Origin: a virus
Taxonomy: Duplodnaviria; Heunggongvirae; Uroviricota; Caudoviricetes
Reading direction: 5' to 3' (one strand)
Length of the DNA stretch: 37,279 nt
IMG/VR virus record: IMGVR_UViG_2718217859_000009
The notes under the pieces are model-generated. The model was not told the DNA's origin. It did no database searches and saw only the letters and a list, made by a program, of their open reading frames with translations. The translations under genes and the position numbers were made by a program. Below are positions 19,402 to 28,975 of this stretch, one piece after another; positions within the stretch are counted from its first letter, which is position 1; each line of letters starts with the position of its first letter.

Positions 19402-20052
19402 TCAGCGGCTGTCATTGCGCAGTCTGCGCTCCAGCTGCTGTTTGTCTTTTTTCACGCCACAGCGGGGATCGAGCTGTAACGCATGGTTGAGATGATTAAG
19501 GGCGGAAGCCGGGTTGCTTTCACTCAGGACAGCGCCAATCGCTTTATGCAGACGCGCCCGTGACTGGTCCGGCATATCCAGACCGTCTGTCAGCTCCAGC
19601 GTCTGCAGCAACAGATCGGCATCAAAGCCGGTGGCGGCAAGCATTGCGCTCTGCGCCGCGTCTGCCATTTCCTCTGCCAGCACGGTCTGCACGTTGCGGT
19701 TACCCAGCGGCATCACCCAGCCATGACGCAGGGCATGACGCCCGATCTCCAGCGCCCCGGCATAATCTCCGGCATCAATGCGCCACAGCATCACGTACAT
19801 CAGCACGTCATCCTGTTGAGCGCCTCCGGCAGCCAGGACACCCTCTGCCCAGGCGGCGTACTTCGGCAGCAGCTCCACCTTGATTTCCGCTTTTTTGACC
19901 GTGGACTGAACGCCCTTGAGACGGCGGCGGTCTTCCGCCAGTTGCAGCAGCATCAGGTCATAGCCCGATGCGTGGCGAACACTGCCGCCCTCGCGGGCGG
20001 CCTGTTCAGCCTGAACGCGCAGGCGATGCTGCCGTGCGGGACTCAGGCTCAT
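19402..20052 (-). CDS. terminase endonuclease (small) subunit gpM
   Basis: 216 aa, between N and L. Confidence 0.8.
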   Translation of the reverse strand: MSLSPARQHRLRVQAEQAAREGGSVRHASGYDLMLLQLAEDRRRLKGVQSTVKKAEIKVELLPKYAAWAEGVLAAGGAQQDDVLMYVMLWRIDAGDYAGALEIGRHALRHGWVMPLGNRNVQTVLAEEMADAAQSAMLAATGFDADLLLQTLELTDGLDMPDQSRARLHKAIGAVLSESNPASALNHLNHALQLDPRCGVKKDKQQLERRLRNDSR

Positions 20053-20055
20053 GGA

Positions 20056-21114
20056 TTACGCTCCGGTTTCGGCTGCGGCGGCGCTGAAATCACCAATCTG
20101 GATGTTTTCCACCAGTGCGGCGCAGCGGTAGTCCTCAACCACATAGGCTTCATTAACGGATTCAAAGTTTTCAATCCGGTCACGTTTCGGGTTGTCGATA
20201 ATTGAACGGCGGCGGGTGTCTTCCTGCCAGTAGATGGACAGGTTATCCAGACGGGTGATCAGCAGCGCATTCGGCGGGAAGAACGGCGCACGCACGGCCT
20301 GCAGGCCACCCATGCGTTTCTGGCTGATGATCATATCGGCAGCCAGTTTTTCACTGTTTTCCTGCTCTTTGTTGACCAGCGGGAAATACTTGTCAGACAA
20401 CAGTTCACGACCGCAAATCACCACCAGATCGTCATCGTCCTGGTAAACCACGTCGATAAGCTCATTGACGGCATCCATCACCACAGCGTCCAGGTTGGCA
20501 TATTCGCCACCTTTCCCGACTTTCACCGCACCCGGTGTGGTTTCACCGCCCGTGGTGGTGCTGCCCATGACGTGATCCGGTGCATCTTCACGGATTTTCT
20601 GCAGCCAGCCTTTGTTCACATCCTGCAGCAGCGGGTTTTCGCTACGGTTGGAGGTTTTCGCACGCTTCACGCCGTTAAAGCCGATCATGATGCGGTCCAG
20701 AGCCTGACGTTTCACGATGGCGTCACGGATGCGCACCTGGAAATCCTGAAACTTCGCCCACAGGTCCAGCTTCGCGTAGGTCAGCACCGTGTCAAAGTTG
20801 GTCTGCTCGCATTTATATTCCACATCGACCATCAGCGTCGGATCGACAGGTTCACGCTCTTTCGCGGTGGTGTCAGTGGTTCCGGCAATGGTGCTGCCAA
20901 CTCCCAGCCCCAGCAGCTGACCGGACTGCTCAGTCACTGGCGTGACGTTAATCAGCGTCAGGAAAGCGGCGGACTGCTGGATCTGGTCTTCCAGCGTCTG
21001 CTGCACAGACGGCTCCACGGTGAACTTGCTGGACAGTTCTTCAACTGCCACACCGTTCAGACGCGCCAGCTGCTGCAGGTAAGCGTTAAAAGCAAAGCGG
21101 GTATTCTTCTTCAT
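20056..21114 (-). CDS. major capsid protein gpN
   Basis: 352 aa, MKKNTRFAFNAYLQQLARLNGV... Confidence 0.9.
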   Translation of the reverse strand: MKKNTRFAFNAYLQQLARLNGVAVEELSSKFTVEPSVQQTLEDQIQQSAAFLTLINVTPVTEQSGQLLGLGVGSTIAGTTDTTAKEREPVDPTLMVDVEYKCEQTNFDTVLTYAKLDLWAKFQDFQVRIRDAIVKRQALDRIMIGFNGVKRAKTSNRSENPLLQDVNKGWLQKIREDAPDHVMGSTTTGGETTPGAVKVGKGGEYANLDAVVMDAVNELIDVVYQDDDDLVVICGRELLSDKYFPLVNKEQENSEKLAADMIISQKRMGGLQAVRAPFFPPNALLITRLDNLSIYWQEDTRRRSIIDNPKRDRIENFESVNEAYVVEDYRCAALVENIQIGDFSAAAAETGA

Positions 21115-21130
21115 CGGGTTTTGTGCTCCA

Positions 21131-21964
21131 TCAGCAATTGGTCAGAGTGTCAGCGGGGGCGTTACCGCCTGTTGCACGCTGGCGGTAGTCCTGGCGACTG
21201 TCTTCATGACTCAGCTTGTCCACCAGTTCGTTAAAGGCGGTTTGCTGTGCCTGCAGGGCAGTCTCCAGCTCAGACAGGCGTTCTTCCTGCTCAGACAGGG
21301 ATTTTTCGGTGCGTGCGCTCAGGTTCTGCTGCTCAGTGGCGACCAGCTCCACGGCCTTATGCACATCAGAGAACCGGGCGTCATCGGACTGCTCTTTTTT
21401 GGTAAACAGCGCCGTGACGCGGGCAAACAGGGACGGTTTGTCGTCCTGGATTTCTTCCAGTTCGATCACCGTTTCCTCTGCAGCGGTAAAGAGATTGGCA
21501 GGATTCTGCTTGCGGTTTGCCAGCGGGTTATGGGCTGCACTGGCGCTGAATGTCAGCATTTCCGTACCCAGACTGGCAGGGTCATCAGTGGCAGCCAGGC
21601 CGACCAGATAGGCTTTGCCCGTATCAGCGAACTTCGGGCTGACTTCCATAGAGGTGAATAATTTCTGGCCTTTTTTCACCAGTTCCACCAGGGACTCCGT
21701 TGGCTCAACGTCGGCATACAGCGCCATCTTGCCTGCCAGCGGACCTTCCGTGATTTCTTCAGCAAACAGCGCCGTCACCTTGCCGTAGCGGTTAAAGGTG
21801 CTGTCCGGCAGATAAGACTTGATGTGCTCAAGGTTAATCAGCGCGGTATACACCGCCGGGTTGTAGCTGGCTGCCATCTGTTCCAGCCATTCACGCTGGA
21901 TTTCGCGTCCGTCGGTGGTGGCACCTTCCACCCCGATGCGAAAACGCTTTGCTTTCACTGTCAT
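21131..21964 (-). CDS. capsid scaffolding protein gpO
   Basis: 277 aa, MTVKAKRFRIGVEGATTDGREI...; resembles P2 gpO. Confidence 0.9.
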   Translation of the reverse strand: MTVKAKRFRIGVEGATTDGREIQREWLEQMAASYNPAVYTALINLEHIKSYLPDSTFNRYGKVTALFAEEITEGPLAGKMALYADVEPTESLVELVKKGQKLFTSMEVSPKFADTGKAYLVGLAATDDPASLGTEMLTFSASAAHNPLANRKQNPANLFTAAEETVIELEEIQDDKPSLFARVTALFTKKEQSDDARFSDVHKAVELVATEQQNLSARTEKSLSEQEERLSELETALQAQQTAFNELVDKLSHEDSRQDYRQRATGGNAPADTLTNC

Positions 21965-22042
21965 GAGCCGTGCTCCGTTAGAAAAAACTTACTGGAGCCT
22001 TATGGTTGCGGTGATGGGGGCAGTGAAACAATGCGCGGTATT

Positions 22043-22060
22043 TGTACCGACAACCACACA
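22043..22060. promoter_or_regulatory. Ogr-binding dyad in the divergent P_O/P_P late promoter region (TGT-N12-ACA)
   Basis: tgt accgacaaccac aca in the 142-bp O/P intergenic region. Confidence 0.55.
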
Positions 22061-22106
22061 AACCGCAGGCGGGGAAAGCCTTCATTCAAGGCTGTAGGTT
22101 TGTGCC

Positions 22107-23873
22107 ATGAACACCACACTGACACCCGCAGATCTCGATCCCCGTCGGCAGGCCATGCTGCTGTACTTTCAGGGATACCGCGTAGCCCGCATTGCTGAAA
22201 TGCTGGGCGAGAAAGTTGCAACCGTTCACAGCTGGAAAAAACGCGACAAGTGGGGTGACTATGGGCCGCTGGATCAGATGCAGCTCACCACCGCCGCACG
22301 CTACTGCCAGCTCATCATGAAGGAGCACAAAGAAGGGAAAGATTTCAAAGAGATTGACCTGCTGGCGCGCCAGTCTGAGCGCCACGCGCGGATCGGCAAG
22401 TTTAACAATGGCGGCAACGAAGCCGACTTAAACCCTAACGTCGCCAACCGCAACAAAGGCCCACGCCGTCAGCCTGAAAAGAATGTTTTCACCGATGACC
22501 AGATTGAGAAGCTGGAAGAAATTTTCCATTCCTCCATGTTCAACTACCAGCGCCACTGGTGGGAAGCCGGAAAAACCAACCGCATCCGCAACCTGCTGAA
22601 GTCACGCCAGATCGGCGCGACCTTCTATTTTGCCCGTGAAGCCCTGATTGACGCCCTGCTTACCGGACGTAACCAGATTTTCCTTTCTGCCAGTAAGGCA
22701 CAGGCCCACGTCTTCAAACAGTACATCATCGACTTTGCCAAAGAAGTGGAGGTGGAGCTGAAAGGCGATCCGATGGTGCTTCCCAACGGGGCCACACTGT
22801 ATTTCCTCGGCACCAATGCCCGCACTGCCCAGAGTTATCACGGCAACCTGTATCTGGATGAATATTTCTGGATACCGAAATTCCAGGAGCTGCGCAAAGT
22901 GGCTTCCGGTATGGCTATTCACAAGAAATGGCGACAGACCTATTTTTCCACGCCATCCAGCCTGACCCACAGTGCTTATCCGTTCTGGTCCGGTGCGCTG
23001 TTCAACCGTGGGCGCAACAAAGCCGATAAGGTGGACATCGACCTGTCCCACAGCAATCTGGCTCCCGGCCTGCTGTGTGCAGACGGGCAATACCGCCAGA
23101 TAGTCACCGTGGAAGATGCGGTGCGCGGCGGATGTAACCTGTTCGATCTCGACCAGTTGCGCATGGAGTACAGCCCGGACGAATACCAGAACCTGCTGAT
23201 GTGCGAGTTCGTGGACGATCTCGCGTCCGTGTTCCCGCTCAGCGAACTGCAGGCGTGCATGGTGGACAGCTGGGAAGTCTGGACCGACTTTCATGCACTG
23301 GCCCTGCGCCCGTTTGGCTGGCGCGAAGTGTGGATCGGTTATGACCCGGCAAAAGGTACGCAGAACGGCGACAGTGCCGGATGCGTGGTGGTGGCTCCGC
23401 CAGCCGTGCCGGGTGGTAAGTTCCGCATTCTTGAGCGTCACCAGTGGCGCGGGATGGACTTCCGCGCCCAGGCTGACGCCATCAAAAAACTGACCGAACA
23501 GTATAACGTGACCTATATCGGTATCGACTCGACCGGCGTCGGTCACGGGGTTTACGAGAACGTGAAAGCGTTTTTTCCTGCCGTCAGGGAGTTTGTCTAT
23601 AACCCCAACGTTAAAAACGCCCTGGTACTCAAGGCCTACGACATTATCAGCCACCGCCGTCTGGAGTTTGACGCCGGGCACACCGACATTGCGCAGTCAT
23701 TTATGGCAATCCGTCGCGCTACCACTGCCAGTGGCAACCGCCCGACCTATGAAGCCAGCCGCAGCGAAGAAGCCAGCCATGCCGATCTGGCCTGGGCAAC
23801 AATGCACGCACTGTTTAACGAACCACTGCAGGGCGAGTCCGCCAATACCAGCAATATTGTGGAGATTTTTTGA
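22107..23873 (+). CDS. terminase large (ATPase) subunit gpP
   Basis: 588 aa, divergent from O as in P2. Confidence 0.9.
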   Translation: MNTTLTPADLDPRRQAMLLYFQGYRVARIAEMLGEKVATVHSWKKRDKWGDYGPLDQMQLTTAARYCQLIMKEHKEGKDFKEIDLLARQSERHARIGKFNNGGNEADLNPNVANRNKGPRRQPEKNVFTDDQIEKLEEIFHSSMFNYQRHWWEAGKTNRIRNLLKSRQIGATFYFAREALIDALLTGRNQIFLSASKAQAHVFKQYIIDFAKEVEVELKGDPMVLPNGATLYFLGTNARTAQSYHGNLYLDEYFWIPKFQELRKVASGMAIHKKWRQTYFSTPSSLTHSAYPFWSGALFNRGRNKADKVDIDLSHSNLAPGLLCADGQYRQIVTVEDAVRGGCNLFDLDQLRMEYSPDEYQNLLMCEFVDDLASVFPLSELQACMVDSWEVWTDFHALALRPFGWREVWIGYDPAKGTQNGDSAGCVVVAPPAVPGGKFRILERHQWRGMDFRAQADAIKKLTEQYNVTYIGIDSTGVGHGVYENVKAFFPAVREFVYNPNVKNALVLKAYDIISHRRLEFDAGHTDIAQSFMAIRRATTASGNRPTYEASRSEEASHADLAWATMHALFNEPLQGESANTSNIVEIF

Positions 23874-24898
23874 TGGGAAAGAGTAAGAAGAACCGCGCTG
23901 CGTCGACGAAACAGATCCAGCATAAAGGCCAGACTTCAGCCGAAGCATTCAGCTTCGGTGATCCCGTTCCTGTTCTGGACCGCCGCGAACTGCTGGACTA
24001 TGTGGAATGCGTACAGATGGATCGTTGGTATGAGCCGCCTGTGAGTTTCGACGGACTGGCGCGAACTTTCCGCGCCGCCGTGCATCACAGCTCACCGATT
24101 GCAGTGAAGTGCAACATTCTGACCAGCACCTACATCCCTCACCCGCTGCTCAGCCAGCAGGCTTTTTCGCGTTTTGTACAGGACTATCTGGTTTTTGGTA
24201 ACGCCTACCTGGAGAAACGCACGAACCGTTTCGGTGAAGTTATCGCCCTTGAGCCTGCTCTGGCAAAATACACCCGACGCGGGTTAGACCTGGATACCTA
24301 CTGGTTTGTGCAATACGGTATGACAACCCAGCCGTATCAGTTCACGAAAGGCAGCATTTTTCATCTGATGGAACCGGACATCAACCAGGAGATCTACGGC
24401 CTGCCAGGTTATCTTTCTGCCATTCCGTCAGCCCTGCTCAACGAGTCCGCCACGCTGTTCCGCCGTAAGTATTACATTAACGGCAGTCATGCAGGCTTCA
24501 TCATGTACATGACCGATGCCGCGCAGAACCAGGAGGACGTGAACAACCTTCGCAATGCGATGAAAAGTGCCAAAGGACCAGGTAACTTCCGCAATCTGTT
24601 CATGTACTCGCCTAACGGCAAAAAGGACGGGCTTCAGATCATCCCGTTGTCAGAAGTCGCGGCGAAGGATGAGTTTCTGAATATCAAAAATGTCAGCCGC
24701 GATGACATGATGGCTGCGCACCGTGTACCGCCACAAATGATGGGAATCATGCCGAGTAATGTTGGGGGATTTGGTGATGTTGAAAAAGCCAGCCGCGTCT
24801 TTGTCCGCAACGAACTGATGACGTTACAGAAGCGACTGCAGGAGCTTAACGACTGGCTGGGCGAAGAAATAATTCGCTTCGAACCTTATATGTTTTAG
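23870..24898 (+). CDS. portal protein gpQ
   Basis: 342 aa, overlaps the end of P by 4 nt. Confidence 0.9.
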   Translation: MMGKSKKNRAASTKQIQHKGQTSAEAFSFGDPVPVLDRRELLDYVECVQMDRWYEPPVSFDGLARTFRAAVHHSSPIAVKCNILTSTYIPHPLLSQQAFSRFVQDYLVFGNAYLEKRTNRFGEVIALEPALAKYTRRGLDLDTYWFVQYGMTTQPYQFTKGSIFHLMEPDINQEIYGLPGYLSAIPSALLNESATLFRRKYYINGSHAGFIMYMTDAAQNQEDVNNLRNAMKSAKGPGNFRNLFMYSPNGKKDGLQIIPLSEVAAKDEFLNIKNVSRDDMMAAHRVPPQMMGIMPSNVGGFGDVEKASRVFVRNELMTLQKRLQELNDWLGEEIIRFEPYMF

Positions 24899-24916
24899 AT
24901 ATAGATTAGGCTCAGA

Positions 24917-24945
24917 AAGCGCCTGCTACTGCAGGCGCTTTGTTT
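24917..24945. terminator. bidirectional hairpin terminator after Q
   Basis: aaagcgcctgc-tac-tgcaggcgcttt hairpin followed by gtttact. Confidence 0.55.
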
Positions 24946-25237
24946 ACTCTTTAACAAGTGTGCCCCACACCGAGTCTTCAACCTCTTCAACAACAATATT
25001 GATGTTGCAAATAACATGGTCTTCACTTACTCGAGTATATCTGAATAACCTTGATTTCACTTTCCCACCAAACGACTCACGGTCTTCATTGTTGGTAATG
25101 TCGACATAATCCCCAACATTCGGAAGCATCAGGAGTGGATTGTCTTCCGAAGAACATCTTACAATCTCTCCATCATCAAGAGGTCGCGTATCCCCTTTAC
25201 GTAAGTATTGAAAGTCATAGTTGTATATGGTTTTCAT
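24944..25237 (-). CDS. hypothetical small protein (AT-rich cargo gene between portal and cos)
   Basis: 97-aa ORF with AAGGA ribosome-binding site 7 nt upstream of the ATG; no recognisable family. Confidence 0.55.
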   Translation of the reverse strand: MKTIYNYDFQYLRKGDTRPLDDGEIVRCSSEDNPLLMLPNVGDYVDITNNEDRESFGGKVKSRLFRYTRVSEDHVICNINIVVEEVEDSVWGTLVKE

Positions 25238-25415
25238 TGTCTATCCTTTTGAAAGTAACATCGCTGACGTATGTTGTTTCACAGTTCCATTTCCACATTA
25301 AGTCAATGAAATCAACATCATTTAATGTGTGCCAATATATTGCAACACGATCCCGAAAACTTCAAATCAATCTCTCCAATACGCGGGATTATTACTTTTT
25401 CGCCCCGTTACGCGC

Positions 25416-25435
25416 GCTCGTATCCCCGCCACGCC
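25416..25435. other. putative cos (cohesive end) site
   Basis: Minus strand reads GGCGTGGCGGGGA..., matching the first 13 nt of the 186-type cos sequence as I remember it. Confidence 0.35.
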
Positions 25436-25653
25436 TGCCCGCTTTGTGTAGTGGTTTTCATGCACCTGCATGACATAAGTAAAAGCCCGCCAGAACTGGC
25501 GGGACTGAGCAAAAACGATCCTTTTGCGATCATTCATTTTCATGCGCTATAGTCATGCAACAAACGCATACGAACCATATGGTTAGATTACTCATCAAGT
25601 CAGATGGATTTTCAGGCAGATTGCCACAGCAATTGTAAAGGAGCGAGATTGAA

Positions 25654-26655
25654 ATGGGTGGAGAGACTTCGGCTATACAACGAGTCGCGGGTAAGATTTC
25701 TGATGATATTTTCTCAGTGTTCAAATGGGATCGTGCCGCTAGAGCGGACATGAATTGGGATTGTTGCCAAGAGGCTCATTCCAAGAAAACACATCCAAGC
25801 GATGTTGTATTTTTCTACATAGATCCATATGAGGAGGAAATGGTCTATCTCAACACAGACCTCAAAAGCTATGCAGAAGGTACTATTGGGAAAAAAATAG
25901 TCGAGGGAGCTTTAACATCGCTTGCTTTAGCTACCGAATGTGCAAATGTCAGTGAAGAATGGCGATTGAAATATGTTCATGATGATTCTTTAGGTTATAA
26001 CGTAAGAGGGTTATTATTCTTATATAACCATGATAATTTATATGATAAAGACTTCTATGAGAATATTACAAAAAAATTAGATCACTCATCTATAAATTGC
26101 CCTCCAAACATCAAACTACATTTGCTTGACCCTTATAAAATATCAGATTTGATAAACATATCTTCTGACATAACTAAGTTAATTGGTTCAGGCAAACTTC
26201 CTCAACCTGATAAGTTCACATATTATTATCCAGATCTTTCCCTAACAAGAATAAAGCACCCTATTAATCAGACAACACCTGCAACAATTGAATTATTAAC
26301 ATCACCATACATTATAATAAAGCATGAGGCTTTCAGTTGGCTCAGGGATAAAAACCCTGAGGGATATGTTGTTTATTACAATCAACCGGGGGATTCAGTA
26401 GACGAATTCGTTTACTTCTTTGATATGTTATCAACTTATCAGATATTAACCGAAGGTAAACCAATCGTATTACGCCATTGTCACATTCACCCAAATGAAA
26501 ATGCCATTCATCATTTTGAAAGAGCGAAAAAGAAATACAGCACAGACTGGCTCTTAGGCGAGGATGAAAGACTTTTTCTTAAAATTGACTTCGACAAGAC
26601 AGACAAAATTGTTGTTGAATATAATCTTGAACAAATCGGCATGGAGCAACGATAA
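25654..26655 (+). CDS. hypothetical protein, gene 1 of AT-rich three-gene cargo operon (candidate defence system)
   Basis: 333 aa, AAGGAG ribosome-binding site, stop overlaps the start of gene 2 (TAATG); possible D...E-x-K nuclease-like motif (FFYIDPYEEEMVYLNTDLK), unverified. Confidence 0.7.
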   Translation: MGGETSAIQRVAGKISDDIFSVFKWDRAARADMNWDCCQEAHSKKTHPSDVVFFYIDPYEEEMVYLNTDLKSYAEGTIGKKIVEGALTSLALATECANVSEEWRLKYVHDDSLGYNVRGLLFLYNHDNLYDKDFYENITKKLDHSSINCPPNIKLHLLDPYKISDLINISSDITKLIGSGKLPQPDKFTYYYPDLSLTRIKHPINQTTPATIELLTSPYIIIKHEAFSWLRDKNPEGYVVYYNQPGDSVDEFVYFFDMLSTYQILTEGKPIVLRHCHIHPNENAIHHFERAKKKYSTDWLLGEDERLFLKIDFDKTDKIVVEYNLEQIGMEQR

Positions 26656-27734
26656 TGGCTAAAAAACTATATTTCGCAACTGATAAAAATATTTATGATG
26701 CATTACATCATAAAAGGATAACCGCTGCAAAGTTGCATGAATTATTGTTGAATCGAGGTGTGTTTTTATCACCAGAACTCGACAAGGAAATACTAATCGA
26801 GGAAATATCCAAACTTCCTCACGGATTTAATGAATTAGAACACATAAAAAAACTGGTCAAAACATATGACCCAAGGGAAAGCACTACTAGTGTGAGCTTC
26901 CAAACCTCAACAAATCAGGCCGAATTAAAAAGTGCTGCTGAAGCACTAAAAAAAACATGCTCCCCTAGTAAAGGTCAAAGCCTGAATATTGTAGCTAAAA
27001 AAGATGGCTCGCTTACAGTAGAATACAAATATGAAGAAATAGACCTGTCTAAAACTGCATTACGTCAGATCGACAAGCGGAATGTTATAATAGAACTTCG
27101 CCCTGGAGCTGACAAAGTTGAAGTACGTATGCCTCAAAACCCCGAGGCAAAAAAAGTTATTGAGAGCTTGCAAAACGAGCTATCTAAAATCAAGTCCGAA
27201 CCTATCGAGCGCTTCGAAATATCATTACTAGCAATAACTGATCCTACATTGCGAAGTCAGTTTTTTCAGGAATTAATGAATGGTCTACGCGGTTATGAGA
27301 CTGATGACGTAACAAAAGTCGAATTAAATCGCAGTACTGATGCTAGTGAGGATGAAGACAAGGAAGAAACTATTGATACCGGATTTGTTAAGAAAGCCGT
27401 CCTTAATGGTGAAGGGGTAAATAGTTCAGCTATATTTTCTCAACTACATGAGAAAGGTTATTATATCGGGCGTATTGCATGGTCTTCAAAGCCGACAAGT
27501 GGAATTGGAGACAGAATCAACGTCGAAGCATTTTTCAAAGACTCAGAAAAATGCTGTGACTTTGCCTATCAAATTAAAGGTATAAACAATCAAAAAGAAG
27601 ACGGTTTCAATGTAACCATTCGCGCGGCAACGGCACAAGAGAAAAAACATATTAGTGAATTAATTGAGTCCGCCGCTGAAAATGCCTATAATATAATAAT
27701 AGGATCAGAGGTGAACGAAGATGAAAAAGGTTAA
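26655..27734 (+). CDS. hypothetical protein, gene 2 of cargo operon
   Basis: 359 aa, Lys/Glu-rich, translationally coupled on both sides. Confidence 0.7.
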   Translation: MAKKLYFATDKNIYDALHHKRITAAKLHELLLNRGVFLSPELDKEILIEEISKLPHGFNELEHIKKLVKTYDPRESTTSVSFQTSTNQAELKSAAEALKKTCSPSKGQSLNIVAKKDGSLTVEYKYEEIDLSKTALRQIDKRNVIIELRPGADKVEVRMPQNPEAKKVIESLQNELSKIKSEPIERFEISLLAITDPTLRSQFFQELMNGLRGYETDDVTKVELNRSTDASEDEDKEETIDTGFVKKAVLNGEGVNSSAIFSQLHEKGYYIGRIAWSSKPTSGIGDRINVEAFFKDSEKCCDFAYQIKGINNQKEDGFNVTIRAATAQEKKHISELIESAAENAYNIIIGSEVNEDEKG

Positions 27735-28404
27735 ATGGCTTAAGTTAAACATACGGCTTGAGTTTGAAACAGCCGTTAGACGTCTTTCTCTTGATTCTTT
27801 TACAGAGGATAAAGGGAAAGGGTTCATTTTTGATAAAATACGCCATGATTTTGCAAATGGTCGCTTTGTCGAGCGTATTGTTTATCATGATAAAATATTA
27901 AGCTTTGACGGAAGCGAAACTACCGTTGAAAGAATCGAATATCGCACCACAAATTTTAGCGTGGCTTTAGACTCTCTTCCTGTAATGCAGATTACCAACC
28001 CACCCAGAACTTTAAAGCCTTTTTCGCAGGCTTTGGTAAAAAATCTTGGCTTAGGTGTTAGTTTGGAAGAAATTGACATAAACCCTATAGACTGGCTTAA
28101 TGAAATATCTTCAAGTGTAAATATCAATTTAACACAACTTGATATTTCAAGGGTTAGAGTTTCTGATTACGCCACAGCTAAAATGCAAATAATTGGCAGC
28201 AATGATCTTAGGAAGTATTATAAAGAAGAATTAGAGGGTAAAAAAATAAGAATTGACAGGCTTGTTTGCTCTGTTAATTCATTAGAATATTCCGGTAAGC
28301 TCAAGATCACCAATAGCGGCCTTGCTTATATTGATGTTAGAAATGAGAATGAGTTTACGAAAATCGTTTTTGATACGTTAAAAAAAGTCACCCTTCAATC
28401 ATAG
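27721..28404 (+). CDS. hypothetical protein, gene 3 of cargo operon
   Basis: 227 aa, start overlaps the end of gene 2 by 14 nt. Confidence 0.65.
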   Translation: MKKVKWLKLNIRLEFETAVRRLSLDSFTEDKGKGFIFDKIRHDFANGRFVERIVYHDKILSFDGSETTVERIEYRTTNFSVALDSLPVMQITNPPRTLKPFSQALVKNLGLGVSLEEIDINPIDWLNEISSSVNINLTQLDISRVRVSDYATAKMQIIGSNDLRKYYKEELEGKKIRIDRLVCSVNSLEYSGKLKITNSGLAYIDVRNENEFTKIVFDTLKKVTLQS

Positions 28405-28460
28405 ATGGCTTATAAGGAGTTACTTCACCTAACGCCTCGCCTTACTCGTTGTTCAACCTC

Positions 28461-28491
28461 GTAGGCGTCAGAATCAAGTTCTGACGCCTAC
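28461..28491. terminator. 13-bp perfect stem-loop between convergent cargo operon and DinI-like gene
   Basis: gtaggcgtcagaa-tcaag-ttctgacgcctac. Confidence 0.5.
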
Positions 28492-28499
28492 AATGTTTC

Positions 28500-28733
28500 T
28501 TAATGCAGCCAGCTATCGTCCTCCCACACCTTCTGCATAATTTTCATCACTTGTTTTCTTTCTTCGTCCAGTTGCAGTCCGGTCAGTTCCACACCGTTAG
28601 AGCTACCTTTGCGGATACGAATTACCGTTTTGGGATACAGGGGGCGCAGATTGCGGTAAAGCTCGGATTCAAGGGCGTCCAGGGTAGACTGGCTAATTTT
28701 CTGCTCTTTATCGATCATTATTTCAATGCGCAT
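28500..28733 (-). CDS. DinI-like protein (186 orf97-like)
   Basis: MRIEIMIDKEQKISQSTLDALESELYRNLRPLYP...WEDDSWL resembles DinI; GAGGTGA ribosome-binding site before the internal ATG. Confidence 0.75.
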   Translation of the reverse strand: MRIEIMIDKEQKISQSTLDALESELYRNLRPLYPKTVIRIRKGSSNGVELTGLQLDEERKQVMKIMQKVWEDDSWLH

Positions 28734-28743
28734 AAAAGTCACC

Positions 28744-28932
28744 TCAGCTGATGACATCCATTGAGCGGTTGTATTCGTGGCTTCTGATTTTTGCCATGAG
28801 TTCATCAGTCAATTCAGAAACCCACTGCAGAGCCAGCCCCTTCTCTTCATCACTACACTCACTAGCCGCTACAAGCTTAAGAAAAAAATCAATGCGCTGG
28901 AGCTTCAAAGACTCCAAAAAATAGTCCTGCAT
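28744..28932 (-). CDS. small SOS-controlled protein, possible Tum-like antirepressor
   Basis: 62 aa from MQDYFLESL with AGGAGG ribosome-binding site; LexA box in its promoter; position matches 186 tum. Confidence 0.45.
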   Translation of the reverse strand: MQDYFLESLKLQRIDFFLKLVAASECSDEEKGLALQWVSELTDELMAKIRSHEYNRSMDVIS

Positions 28933-28975
28933 TTTTCCTCCTATGACACCACAAGCAATACTGTACACATAACCA

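Noticed and set aside
22602-23681. 359-aa minus-strand ORF
   Set aside because: Antisense to the well-supported terminase large subunit gene P; no ribosome-binding site or synteny support.
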